This document shows positions 14,313 through 27,192 of a stretch of 64,000 nucleotides of DNA, in pieces. Every line of letters starts with the position of its first letter. The stretch's first letter is position 1. This DNA comes from Octopus sinensis (lineage: Eukaryota): positions 35,030,001 through 35,094,000 of the forward strand of contig NC_043015.1 in NCBI RefSeq assembly GCF_006345805.1, read 5' to 3'. A program made the position numbers and the translations under genes. A model generated the notes under the pieces. It searched no databases and was not told the DNA's origin. It worked only from the letters and a program-made list of their open reading frames with translations.

Positions 14313-15259
14313 ATCAGCTGTGGTGTGCAAGAGAGACGATTGCGCTGGTAGAGTCATGTGGCGAGAATGGATGAAGATAGGTGTGTGAAAAGTGCCAATC
14401 CCTAGCGGTTGAAGGAACCCGTGGAAGAGGTAGACCCAGGAAAACCTGGGACAAGGTGGAGAAGCACAACCTTCGAACATTAGGCCTCACCGAGGCAATG
14501 ACTAGTGACCGAGACCTTTGGAAATATGCTGTGCATGAGAAGACCCGGCAGGACAAGTGAGTCCATCCCGTGTCCCTTGCCAGGGATGTAGCCAGCCCAC
14601 TTATGCATGCCTTTCCTTCCTTGGACATGTGAAGACCTGTTGAGGCAAGTGAAGTCAAAATTGAATTCGAAATCGACCCTCATCCGACGACTGGCACCCA
14701 TGCCAACCTCCCTTCATTGGACACTAAACTCTGCTTGTGAAGACCTGTTGGGGCAAGTGAAATCGGAATTGAAATTGAACCAATCCTATGTCAGGCACCC
14801 GGAAGTTGCCAGTGCCGCTGGACTGACTCGTGTGCAGGTGGCAAGTAAAGAAACACCGTTTCGACCGTGTGCTTGAGGAGACCTATTGAGTCAAGTACAT
14901 CAACATCAAAAATCAATGGAAATTGTAGTTGTAATCCCTGTGCTGGTGGCACGTAACAAGCACCATCCGAACGTGGCCAATGCCAGCGCTGCCTTGACTG
15001 GCTTCTGTGCCGGTGGCATGTTAAAAGCACCAATCCGATCGTGGCCGTTGCCAGCCTCGCCTGGCACCTGTGCTGGTGACACATAAAAAGCACCCATTAC
15101 ACTCACGGAGTGGTTGGCGTTAGGAAGGGCATCCAGCTCTAGAAACACTGCCAGATAAGACTGGAGCCTGGTGCAGCCTTCTGGCTTACAGATCCCGGTC
15201 GAACCGTCCAACCCATGCTAGCATGGAGAACGGACATTAAACGATGATGATGATGATGA
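14313..15259 (+). mobile_element. RTE LINE 3' end with long modular 3' UTR and (GAT)n tail
   Basis: GRGRPRKTWDKV motif followed by the same tail as at 12800-12980. Confidence 0.85.
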
Positions 15260-16699
15260 ACCTCATGAGATGCAAAACCTTTAGATCAATCTTCATCTTT
15301 TCATCCCAAGTCTTCTTTAGTAGCCCTCTTTTACAGATACCATCCACTTTTAGTGTGCATCATTTCTTTATACATTTCTTCTCCGTATGAATCACATGTT
15401 CTTACCAGTACAGACTTTTCTTTTGCACACTACTTCTGATTCCTCTTATATTCAATTTTTCTCTCAATTCATTTGTTCTCCATTGTTCATACATGCTAAT
15501 AGTACACATCCAGCAGAACATGTTCACTTCATTTCTTTCTAACATTTGCTGGTCCTCAGCATTTATGGGCTCTTGTTTTACAACTATGTAACACCACACT
15601 TCATACACAAGCATTGTGCAATTTGCCCTTTGCTCTGAGCTTTATATGACTTATTTTTACTGTACTATCATTGCATACTGAGTATGGTAGCAGAATCTTG
15701 TCTTATCTCCTACTTACTAATGCATTAGTTTTTCAAATTTTATTCTTGATTCTAGGTTTTGCTTGTGCAACTGGAATTTCTTCTCTAAATTTATTAGAAG
15801 TTTGGCAGGAGATCTTGGTAATCAGCATTTAGAAGTTCTCATGGACATCTAACCTTAAAATCCTTTAATTGCCTGGAGGACTATAATTTAAAAAAATGAG
15901 CTGCAGATTGACCTCAGATGAACTCCTACTTCAAAATTAATTCATCACTGAATTCATTGCTGACTATCTCCTTATTAACTGTACCATTATATATGGATTG
16001 TGTGGCTCTCAAAAGCCATACTTCTCCTAACTTCCTCAGTGACTACCAGATTTTACAGTGTGGAAGCCAGTCAAAGGCTTTCTATACATCAACAAAAAGG
16101 AGGTATAGAGGATTAGTTTTGGTTAAGTACTTCTACAGTTTTCTGACTGAGAATACTTCTTCCCAGCACAAAACTTAACTGTCTCATATATACTTATTTT
16201 CTTCCTCATCAACTGAGTTATGACTCTTTCCATGAATTTCTTTACTTGATCTAACAATTTTAAACCTTTGTAATTACATAGCTCTTGAGCATCTCTTTTG
16301 TAACAGTTAACACTACTGCTGCTATGCCAATCCTTGCATAGGACACCTTCTTATACTACCTAATTTACTATGTGGGTAACTCATTCATATCCTACTCAAC
16401 CAAACATCTTAAGCATCTTGGCATTAATTCCTGATGGATCAGATGCTTTCCCTGCCTTCTATTTTTAAATGCTCTAACTACAATACTGCTGTCAACTTGA
16501 AATGTTTAAATGAAAACAGTAAGAGAAACCTTACAAGACCATTTTTGACTAATGAAATTAAATCAGGACTATTATTGAAAAGCTTTTTAGTTGATTATTT
16601 TAAGGATCCCTAGACCAAACAACACATTTTACACAAGCATAAAAATATGTTTAAACAGAAGGCAAAAAGTAATGGTGTATAGTGATACCTGATACTAAA

Positions 16700-17164
16700 T
16701 CTGTATATATATAAAAGGCAGGATGTGTGTGTGTGAACATGAATGTAATTTATGCATGCCCACAAATTAGCACGCATGTCGCTCCAATTTTAGGAGGATA
16801 TTTGTCATGACCCTAGCTGTATTTTCATCAAATTATTTTTTCCCGAGGCACCAGAGAATAGCGGTAAAAATAAATTTTCGACCATAACAATTTTCACGGT
16901 GGAGAAATCCACCATTGTTTACCAACATGAGTTAAGTCCCCTACTAGCGACGGTGTAAAGAGAGGGAGGGAGGGAGAGAGAGAGAGAGATAACAGATTTT
17001 TAAAATTTCGTCTTTTTACTGAGTAATTGATAGGCAAAAACAGACAGGTGTTGTTATGTATGTATGAATGTATGTAAATGGCTTCAGTCACACATACACA
17101 CACGAGCATGTATGAGTACAAAACACATGTATGCAATGTGTGTGTGTGTGTGTGCGTGTTGCCC

Positions 17165-17220
<56 letters not shown>

Positions 17221-17896
17221 GATATTCTCTGTTTCTCCACAACTAATTTCCAAATTAGTTGAATCCGTTGTTCTACTCATAGCGATATATAGCTGGTCGT
17301 GCGTGAACATGGGAGAGAGCAGAGGTTACCAGAGCAAAAGACCTACGTGTTGACTGTTGACTGTAGACGCGCACTTTCGCAAACGATAAGCTATTATTTT
17401 ATAAGCAATGTTTTGAAACTGTTCATGTTTTCGAAAGGAGAGATCTGACTCTCACATCTCTGAGGGAGAAGGTAGGCTTCTCTCTTCCACTTACAAAACT
17501 TACGTCCGGGTGCCAAATTTGCATTTTGTAAACAATGTTTCGAAACTGTCCATGTTTTCAAAAGGAGAGATCTGACTTTTTTCAACCATAACATCTACCA
17601 ATTTTGATGTATTTTGTTCAAACTTGATGCCAGCATAACTTAGGACTCATGGGATCTTTGAATGCTTTAAGTTCTCCAAAAACAAAAAAACAATCGATGA
17701 GTGGAAAAAAATCGATAAACTGATTCCTTATGGGATTTCCCAATCAAATTGTCTGCAAAATTTCAGCCAAAAGTTTACCAATTTCAACGGATTTCACTCA
17801 AATTTGACGTCGATGTTACTTAGTTTGCTTTGAAATAAAGAGCTTGATTAGCTTAATCCTAACTTAATCCCAAGCAAAGCCGGGCTATACTGCTAG
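16700..17896 (+). mobile_element. Non-autonomous Helitron (1.2 kb)
   Basis: A|TC 5' end (TCTGTATATATATAAAAGG), 3' CCCAAGCAAAGCCGGG hairpin then CTAG|T. Contains a PIF1 helicase tail remnant on the minus strand. Confidence 0.75.
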
Positions 17897-18999
17897 TATT
17901 AAATAAAAATATAATCAAGCCGAAAGAATACTGCTGAAAAGAGAATAGTAGTCTGGTGGGAAAATAATGAGACAGATAAGCTCAATAACAAAGTTATTCT
18001 CAGTGACTGAAAAGAATTGTGAAGGGTCAAACAGATCTCTACACAGCAAGTCCCAAGATATGGAAAAATGCTTTAAACATCAGATTCAACACCTTTAAAA
18101 TAAAGTATGCAGAGTATTAGTATCAACTGAATTAACAGATAGGGTGATGGAAAACAATAATCTTAAAGAATTGACTAAAAAAGTGAGACTTTAAGAGAAC
18201 ATTTAATCTATGAAGTGCAAATACAAAAAATTAAAAACTATGAAGGTAGATTAATTCCTCACACTAGAACAAAGTTAGGAATTCATAATGGATGAGGATG
18301 CAATTGAATCATACTTGTTTTATGTATCCAATAGGGATTAAAGACAAAATCAGCTCCAATGGAATTTGGACTCAGAATATATAGGGATAGATGCTATATT
18401 GAAATACAAACAACATGACACTCAGATGCTGCAGTTGTAAACCTTGATTTAGCCTATGATCAATGGCATTCCAGTCATGACCACACTTCTTTCCTAGCAC
18501 TGTTCACCTAGAACCACATTATCAAATGTATTCCTTTTTTCTAAGATGGTAAGGTATGCTGTGAGAGAGATTTGTCAACTATTTCAAGTAGGCTAAACAA
18601 TATACACAATACACAGTCATTCAGTTGCTGTAGTTGAAAATAGTGATAGCAGAGTATCTTATCTATACTCACTGAAAGAGAAATCAGTAATAAACTAGTG
18701 GTCATAGTTCAAAAGGATGGAAGATGCAACTTACCATCAAAATGTTTCATGAGATATAAGTAAGATGTGAGGTGAAAATGCAGAGAATCTGCAGGAATTG
18801 TAGAGAAATCATAAGTATGATCTTTTAGATGTTTTGATATTAACTTTCAAAGATGGATGAGTGCAAGTTAATTATTAAAAAAATCTGAAAAATTAAAGCA
18901 ATTTAAGCCAATGTCACAGCCTCTCTGATAAGAAGATGTATACTAAATGGATAATGTACAGATGAAATGATACAAGGCTGAGATGTATGGAGAATTATA

Positions 19000-19231
19000 T
19001 ATTTCTTTACTACCCACAATGGGCTAAACATAGAGGGGACAAACAAGGACAGACAAAGGGATTAAGTCGATTACATCAACCCCAGTGCGTAACTGGTACT
19101 TAATTTATCGACCCCGAAAGAATGAAAGGCAAAGTCGACCTCGGCGGAATTTGAACTCAGAACGTAACGACAGACGAAATACTGCTACGAATTTCGCCCG
19201 GCATGCTAACGTTTCTACCAGCTCGCCGCCT
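19000..19231 (-). mobile_element. tRNA-type SINE, full length, with 17-bp TSD
   Basis: TSD ATGTATGGAGAATTATA at 18983-18999 and 19232-19248; B-box-like GAGTTCAAATTCC. Confidence 0.9.
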
Positions 19232-19440
19232 ATGTATGGAGAATTATAAACTAAGCTCATCCAATCAGAATGGTATGAGAAAAGAAATCCAAATGAACTC
19301 TCTACAAAAAAAAAATAAATAAAAAAATTAAAAATCGATAAAATTCAATGAAAAAGAGAGAAAAAATGTTGCATGAAATTTTCTTTCCTTTAAAGGGAAA
19401 ATATCAAGCAGATAAACAATGAAATGAAAGATATACTTGC

Positions 19441-19549
19441 AATTGGTGGTAAATTTTGTATTTCTCCATTATAAATCTTCTCTGGTAAATTGAACAACCT
19501 CAAACATTGGTCTTCACTATTGGTCAGTAGACATGATCCATCAGGAGCC
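19441..19549 (-). CDS. WRAP53: WRAP53 exon 3 (APDGSCLLTNSEDQCLRLFNLPEKIYNGEIQNLPPI)
   Basis: cag acceptor at 19550. Matches human [22 protein letters not shown]. The donor is non-canonical GCAAGT. Confidence 0.92.
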
Positions 19550-19954
19550 CTGGCATTAACAACCAAAATCAATAAAATCATCTTTAATGAGTCTTTCAAC
19601 TATTTTACTTTTATATGACAGCATACAAAGAAAAACTCAAACAGAGCACAGAACTTACAACAAAATAAAAGCTATAAAATTTATACATATGTATATAAAT
19701 ATATATATATAGTTTACTGTTCTGTTATCAGTAGGTTCAACAAAAGAAGGACTCCATCCAGTGATGGATAAATACCATTTAATATACACATTATTTAAAT
19801 ATGAGCTATTAACAGTTTCATGCTGTAGAAACACAATAGTTCAGCAGATTTATGTATCATTCCTCCTGTTTCCAAGCAAACCTTCAAGCTCAGATACACA
19901 TGACTGATCTTATTTGAAAAAACAAGAAAAGGCAAGAGGAAGGTGAATGCAAAG

Positions 19955-20750
19955 AAAACTGAAATGAGAAAAAAAAACGTCCTTCATATTGGGGCAGCAA
20001 TTGCATGACATTTTCACCAAATGCCTATTAAAAATTTTCCTGTATTTATAGTTTACTGGGAAATGCTTATCTGGTAATTCCAGGAATTTTTTGCCTATGT
20101 TAGTCTTAATATTCAAATAGAAAGGGGAGCAGTGAAACATTAATATTGTAGGTCAATTTTTAAGTTTCATATTTTGAATTGTTGGGTTGTAAGATCTTTG
20201 AAGTTACTGTTAGCTAGGGCATTATTGTAGAAGAGGGCTGCTTTGTCAAATATTTCCTTAGAAGAGGAGAGATTAGATATTCTATTACTGAAGTTGGTTA
20301 TTAGGATTTTAAACACTAAATTGGGTGACAGGACTGTTTATGTATATACATGAGTTTCTCATTCAGTTTATGATAGGGTTTATTAGAGTACAACTTTAAG
20401 CCTAGGGAAACATCTAAAAATCAGCTTTTAACAGATTAGGGGTTACAGTAATTCTGAGGCCTCATTGACTAAAGGTACATATAACATCTTTTCTAAATTT
20501 ATTAGGTGTATACCCAGGTCATCATGGAGAAATCCATACCATATGTAAATAGATCGCAGAGATGCAAGCTATATATAGCTGAAGGATCTCACATTCTTTT
20601 TAGATCTAAGAATTCCACCACTATCTAATTCCAGATCCAAAAGTTTTAGCAAATGCAAACACATGGACAAATTTCTTTTGTTGAACTTGAGGACACTCCG
20701 CACCAAATTAAGCACGCTGTCTCACAGACTTTGGCCTCTCCCTGTTGAAT
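19955..20750 (-). mobile_element. Penelope-like (Naiad-type) RT fragment, decayed
   Basis: KTNIGKKFLELPDKHFP...KIFNRHLVKMSC and RKDVICTFSQ*GLRITV resemble the PLE RT thumb / pre-endonuclease region. Confidence 0.65.
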
Positions 20751-20994
20751 CATTCCATTCTTGCTATACAAATTATGATTTCAATAGAGAAAGGGGACAA
20801 AACTCTTAGTTTTCTTTCCTGTCTTTCTTTTTCCTTTTCATTTATCTTCAGTTTTCTCATTCCAATTTTTTAAATTCCACCTTTTGCATTCACCTTCCTC
20901 TTACATTCCCTTATGTTTTCTCTTAGACCAGTATCCTTTCTTCAATATGTAGGAAAGGAGTGTGAAGTAATTCCATTTGCTGCACTAATGATAA

Positions 20995-21720
20995 GCCATG
21001 GATGCATGAGATGTGGTGGAATCATGGGCAAGTTATCAGATAAGGTTGCTTTCGTGTGTCACAGATGTGCAGGAACAATAAGTACTAAGAGCACAAGGGA
21101 CTTAGACTCTCAAAAATGCCCAGGAGGCTCTCTTGAGGTTGTGGATAGTTTCTGCTATTTAGGTGACTAAATTAGTAATGGTTGTGGATGCTCTGAAAGT
21201 ATTGTTTCTAGAATAAGAATAGGATGGAGGAAGTTCAGAGAACTACCACTTCTGTTGGCAGTAAAAGGATTCTCTCTCAGAGTGAAAAGCAGATTGTATG
21301 ATGCTTGTGTGAGAATAGCTATGTTACATGGTAGTGAGACATGGTCTCTGACTGTGGAGGACATGTATAGACTGGAGAGGAATGAAAGTAGTATGTTCTG
21401 TTGGATCTGCAACATCAGTGTGCATGACTGACAGAGCACAACTGTGTTGCATGAAAAGTTGGGCATAAGAAGGATTAAATGTGGTCTGCAGGAGAAGAGA
21501 ATGTGGTGGTTTGGATATATGGTGTGTAGGAGTGAAGACAGCTGTATACAGAAGTGCCTGTGACTGAAAGTGGATGGTACCTGTGGAAGAGGGAGACCCA
21601 GGAAGACATGGGATGAAGTGGTGAGGACCGATCTTAAGATGTTGGGGCTCACAGAGGAAATGAAAATGGACCGAAATGTTTGGTGATATGAGGTTCTAGA
21701 GAAGACTGGTCCATAAAACT
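20995..21720 (+). mobile_element. RTE LINE fragment
   Basis: KCPGGSLEVVDSFCYLGD and GRGRPRKTWDEVV motifs. Confidence 0.85.
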
Positions 21721-23168
21721 GAGTGCTAGAAGAGTTGTGCCTCACCCACATGTCACAACACACTTTTCACCCACTCTACCCTAAGAAACCAAACTACAAC
21801 TCTTCTTCTAAACTGTATCTTTCTCTTCCTCACATTTCCTATCCTCTTTCTTGCCCTCACTGCCCTGCTCACAGCACCCCCACCCCCAATACCCACACCC
21901 TAATAATTTCTACATTATTTTATTATGTACATATAGCATTTTTAATATTTATAGTATAATTTGAAGTAAAGTAATTTTGTCGTAGAGAATTACGACTTAA
22001 TATTTTAGTTAACTAATTCCTCATTCAAACAAGTCTTGCTGGATTTTTCATAGACATGGCATGAAAAAATAACCAATGTCTCAAAGGAGTGAGTGTCGTG
22101 GAGTTTAGTTACATCCCACAAACATTAACGTTTTTCCCAAAATCCAGGGTTTTTATAACTGCTCAACTTGACTTTAAAGAAAAATCACATAAAAATATTT
22201 TTTAACTAACTTTTAGAATTCCTATATGAGCAGTTATATCAACCAATGGGAAAACAACAATCATATTTCTTCTGCAATACGACATTACGTCATATTGCCA
22301 GCTACCAGAAATTGGCGCTACTATTTGAAAATGGCTACATGCTCCACCACTTTTGCAAGCATGGTGAAACATACACTAAATGGTAGTAATGATGGGGACT
22401 AGAATATATATGTCTACATCTGAGCCTTTTACCTATTTTGTACCTATTACCATTTGTATCCCGCTATCCTTCTTTGCCACCAATCATGATGCCTAAGGAG
22501 GAATGCATCAGATCTGTTCTTATCTAATATGCCCCTCCATTAACCTTCCTGTACTACTAGCCATAATTCCCTCTTCTCTCAGTCACTCATTAACATCCTT
22601 CACCCATCTCCATAGCTACTATTCAGTAGTGCTCTCTCATACCAGTTGACATTATCATCCTGAGCTGCTAACCATCACCACCTCTCCTCCAGGCCACTCA
22701 TTATTGACATCCATCACTCATCCTTCATCTTTCTTACCATCAAACATTCAGTTTCTTTTAGTATATCTCTCCCATTACACCCTGCCATTGCTACCTCTGC
22801 TTATTATTCCTTCTAGCATTGTCATTCCACTTTCTTTCACACTCTCACCTCATTCGCTATTTCCCCACATACTCTTGCTTCTTCATCCCTCTCACACTAG
22901 TTCTTTTGCAATTACCCTCTTTTGTATTCATTCAGTCAGATTACCTTAACGAATGCAAAAAACATAGACCCTTATGTCTTGTGGAACATAATGCAACTTC
23001 ACTAGGGGCAGACTCCAAATAAGTGCCTTATACTGTGATAAACCACCCAGCCCATACCAGCACTGAAAGCAGATGTAATTTGATGATAATATTAATTGTA
23101 AATCAAGTAAAACATTAGACTATGAATATAAATAACATAAAAATTTGAATTAAAAAATCAAATCTTAC

Positions 23169-23252
23169 CATTTACACCCTTTCAAAAAGTTGTTTTCTTT
23201 TTTATTAAATTCTTCAGAGCAGCTGACAAGTTCAGGTGGCCTGGAGAAATCA
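23169..23252 (-). CDS. WRAP53: WRAP53 exon 2 (DFSRPPELVSCSEEFNKKENNFLKGCKW)
   Basis: ttccag acceptor, gtaag donor. NFLKGCKW matches the conserved WRAP53 ENFLKGCKWAPDG motif. Confidence 0.92.
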
Positions 23253-24252
23253 CTGGAATAGTAAGAAAACCAAATCAAAATATAACTACATTTTCTCTTG
23301 CAACAGTTGCTTTATTTCTTTAAGAACATATACATGAATTATATATTTTTCATAAATATTTCCCCAAAGTCTTAGAAAAACAAATTTCCAACTACATTTC
23401 TTTTCCTAATTAGAACTTTATTCACAACATTAATGCCTTGCAAGACCAATGAATACCTAACATTCTCATTTCTCTGTTGCTATCAGCTTCCTTATATAAG
23501 AAAGTATTACTGTAAAGAACTACTAAAGTATTTAGCATTTTCTGATTTTCTAGTAACTGTTTATTTTCTCTTATTAGCCATAGATTTAAAGTTTATTTTA
23601 TTCAGCAAATCATAATTTTTTGAGAATATTTGTACATTATATAGTTAAATGTCTTCTATTCCTAATAAATAATATTTTTTAGCTTTCAATCAAAAATTAA
23701 GTTCTTCATTTTTCTTTCCTTGTGTTCCAATATTTACTATGTTTTACTATCACCAATAACCTTTCATGGTGATCACAGGTTTGTCAGGTTTTGTATTTTT
23801 TTTCCTGCAGTATATCCAACAAAAACCCACTATCCTTACCAAGCAAGGGTTGCCAGTTTAGTTGCCAACAGCCCAACCAAACAACAAGTTATATTAGGTT
23901 ACATATTACCAGTAGTACTAAGAGTGACCTGATATAATATGAAACACATAACACACACACACACACATACACAAACATAGAGCATTCAGAGCGTTAACAT
24001 ACAATACTTGATGTTTTCTGGCAAGCCATGGATGTAAAGTAATCCAATTCCTGATTTGTAATTTATGCACATGCCCACCATTCATCAGCTGTTGTGTTAG
24101 AATTCAAATAATTTCACATATGTAGCTTGCTGGGGAAACTCTGAGTACCATATGTGAATGTTCTATCATTGCATAATATATTAAGTATATTCCTCTATTC
24201 TAATGATATTGAGGTCTACTTCTTATGTTGTTACACACATGGTTGATCATTA

Positions 24253-24256
24253 TCTA

Positions 24257-24312
<56 letters not shown>

Positions 24313-25672
24313 GTTTGTTTGTGTGTGTGTGCATATGTTCCTGCTGCATTCCAAAACCGAGTTGCCATTTTTCACGTATGGGGTATCAAAAGATTCAGTA
24401 AACTTTTGGCTACCAACTAAACTACATTTTCATTCACTTATTTGCATTACAAAAATTTAAGATTATCATTTTTCTTTTAGTCACCTATCGTAAATGACAA
24501 ATGTGATGATGATGCAACGTTTTCAGTGTGTGTGTTCGAGCACTCTTTACATATATTAGGCCAATGACTGACAAGTATATGTGTGTGACAGTGTTTGTGT
24601 CTGTCAGTATATTTTTGTGACGACTGACACACACACACACACACACACATCAAAAGATACAGACAGGCACACACAGGGACAGAGATAGGCTTGAGGTGTG
24701 TGTTAATGTATGTCTGGGTGTGTCTTAGTAAGTATATGGGATCTTTTCAAAATTTGAAAAAACTGGCTTCAGAATTGAAAAGATCCAGTATATGTATGTG
24801 ATTCCCAGACCGGGCGTTGTGAGTGTTTATTGAGCGAAAACACCTAAAGCTCCACGAAGCTCCGGCAGGGGATGGTGGTGATCCCTGCTGTACTCTTTCA
24901 CCACAACTTTCTCTCACTCTTACTTCCTGTTTCTGTTGTACCTGTATTTCAAAGGGCCAGCCTTGTCACTCTCTGTGTCACGCTGAATATCCCCGAGAAC
25001 TACGTTAAGGGTACACGTGTCTGTGGAGTGCTCAGCCACTTACACATTAATTTCACGAGCAGGCTGTTCCGTTGATTCGGATCAACCGGAACCCTCGGCG
25101 TCGTAATCGACGGAGTGAAGAGAGAGATATGTATGTGACTTTCTCCATCACTCACCCACCCAACAGTGAAATGCACTGATATTGAAAGTTACAAACAAGT
25201 AGGTTTCATTAGAAAGTGAAAATAGTTTCACACTTTTAATTTCAACCCAAATTACAGTGTTCAATTACGAGACTGACGATGTGTGAATAAAGAAAGTAAT
25301 GTTTCTCCAAATTAGTGACATCTGTATTATAATAAAGTTGCTCAGGCGACCTTTTGCTTTGACTTGTAGAGCTGTCATCTGCGTTCATTAATATCTGTAA
25401 AAAATTTTTATTTAATTAATTTTTGTTTTAAAGTGAAAGAAAGGAGAAAATAAAAGATGCATGTATGTGTGTGAGAGAGAGACAGAGAGAAGGGAGAAAG
25501 AGACAGGAAGGGAGAAAGAGAGAGAGAGAGACAGGAAGGGAGAAAGAGAGTGACTGAAGGAGTGTATTGTCATGTTTACATACGTCTTTTATGCATGTCC
25601 ATGTGTGTGTGAGAGAGAGAGAGAGTGAGTGAGTGAATGTGCATGTTCTCATGTATGTGTAAGTGAAACTCA

Positions 25673-25704
<32 letters not shown>

Positions 25705-27192
25705 TATACACATGTCCATTTCATATACATATTCATACATCTTTCACTTTCCCCTCTCTTTCACTTTAAAGCAAAAGTAAATAAATAAATGTTTTTTACA
25801 GAACAAAACAGCTGATCCGGATGACAGTTTGTTGACAACTTTGAGGCTTATTATCTATCTACCAAATAAACTGTTTTTCACTCAACAACTCTTTTTTACA
25901 ACTAAAATAACCCCGGCAGCTACGCAAGTCACACAATTTTGAGGTTATTTTCAGACAAACATTTATGAAAATGTACACATAAATATTATATTAAAATAAG
26001 CCACAACCAAAAAAATTGCATTAAAAGACATACATTTCTCTATATGTTATGAGGAAATACAGTTACTCTCTCTCTCTCTCCCTCTCATGCACAAAAAAGA
26101 TGTATGCATATGTATTTATGGGCGAAGGTAAAGAATACGCACATCCAGTGTTTAGGGTTAGAGTTACGCTGAAAACGGGTGGTGTACATATTCTTTACCT
26201 TCGCCTATTTATGTACACGTATATGTAAAACAATGTGTGTGTGAGAAAGAGAGAGTGAGTGACACTTATACATACATGCAAAAAAAATTCAAACATCACA
26301 ACACACACCTTCACTCTCTCTCTCTCACACACATACACATACATTTTATATACACATACATCCTTCACTTTCTCCTCTCACTTGAAAGCAAATGTCGCTT
26401 TTTCACTTTATCCTCTCTTCAAAGTATAAAGAAATTAAAAGAATTTTATGGAAATTAACAAACAATCATATGATCTCATATATGTCGAGTCGATAACTTT
26501 GCTTCTTCAAATGGAAGAATGCCATAAAATAACTTCCTTTGACACACACACACTCTAGGTAAAACTTCTGTGCAAATTATGTTATTTTTTGCAGTGTGCA
26601 CAAGCAAATTTAAAGCTCACATCCAATTGAAATGGTTTTTTTCTATCGTGTAATTTGTTTGTGATGAGCGTATTTAAAAACCTGATCTTCAATATAAGCT
26701 TAAAAGAAAGTTTTTCCAGAAATCCTGTCCTTTACCTCTTCTTTCTAGCATGTCCAAGGTGACATTTACGCTCCCTCACCTTATTTTTTCCCTAAATTTC
26801 TTCCTATTACTACTATGTTTGCGATACGGGGCATTAGGATTTCACCCACCAAACACATTCTCAATATTTTAATTATCTCCTTCTCCACACCAAATTCATT
26901 TTTGACTTCTTTTCAAATATTTTTTCTTGGTAAACCATGGAGAAAAAACAGTGAGTACAAATCTTTAAGAATTTTACCCATCACCTCACCACTTTCAAAA
27001 ACCTACATACTTCCAATGTTTCACTTTTAGCTTTTTGGAAAGCAAGGTTTCCTCAGAAATAATGTTGTTTACCTGCTGTTTCTAGCATGTCAGGATATAT
27101 CAGTGGTGCTGATTCTGCCCATAGGAAAGGAGCAAATAATACAATGTGGCTGGAGGTCATAACACCAGGGCAATGCCAGGATGCATTGCTAG
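24253..27192 (+). mobile_element. Composite non-autonomous Helitron (~2.9 kb)
   Basis: A|TCTATATA(TA)nAAAAGAGTTTGTTTGTGTG 5' signature; CCAGGGCAATGCCAGG...CTAG|T 3' end. The pairing of these two ends is inferred. Confidence 0.55.
24800..25120 (+). mobile_element. 5'-truncated SINE of a second family
   Basis: GC-richer block beginning attcccagaccgggcgttgtgagtg, recognised from memory as a cephalopod SINE body. Confidence 0.6.

Noticed and set aside
23253-23330. Open frame extending WRAP53 exon 2 upstream (...LIWFSYYSS-DFSRPP)
   Set aside because: No ATG before an in-frame TAA, and the sequence is a typical polypyrimidine acceptor.
23840-23929. AG/GT-bounded candidate exon in WRAP53 intron 1
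   Set aside because: Stops in all three frames and a weak acceptor; no supporting evidence.
26152-26166. TTAGGGTTAGAG telomere-like sequence within WRAP53 (a telomerase factor)
   Set aside because: Only about two imperfect units in a hairpin spacer; expected by chance.
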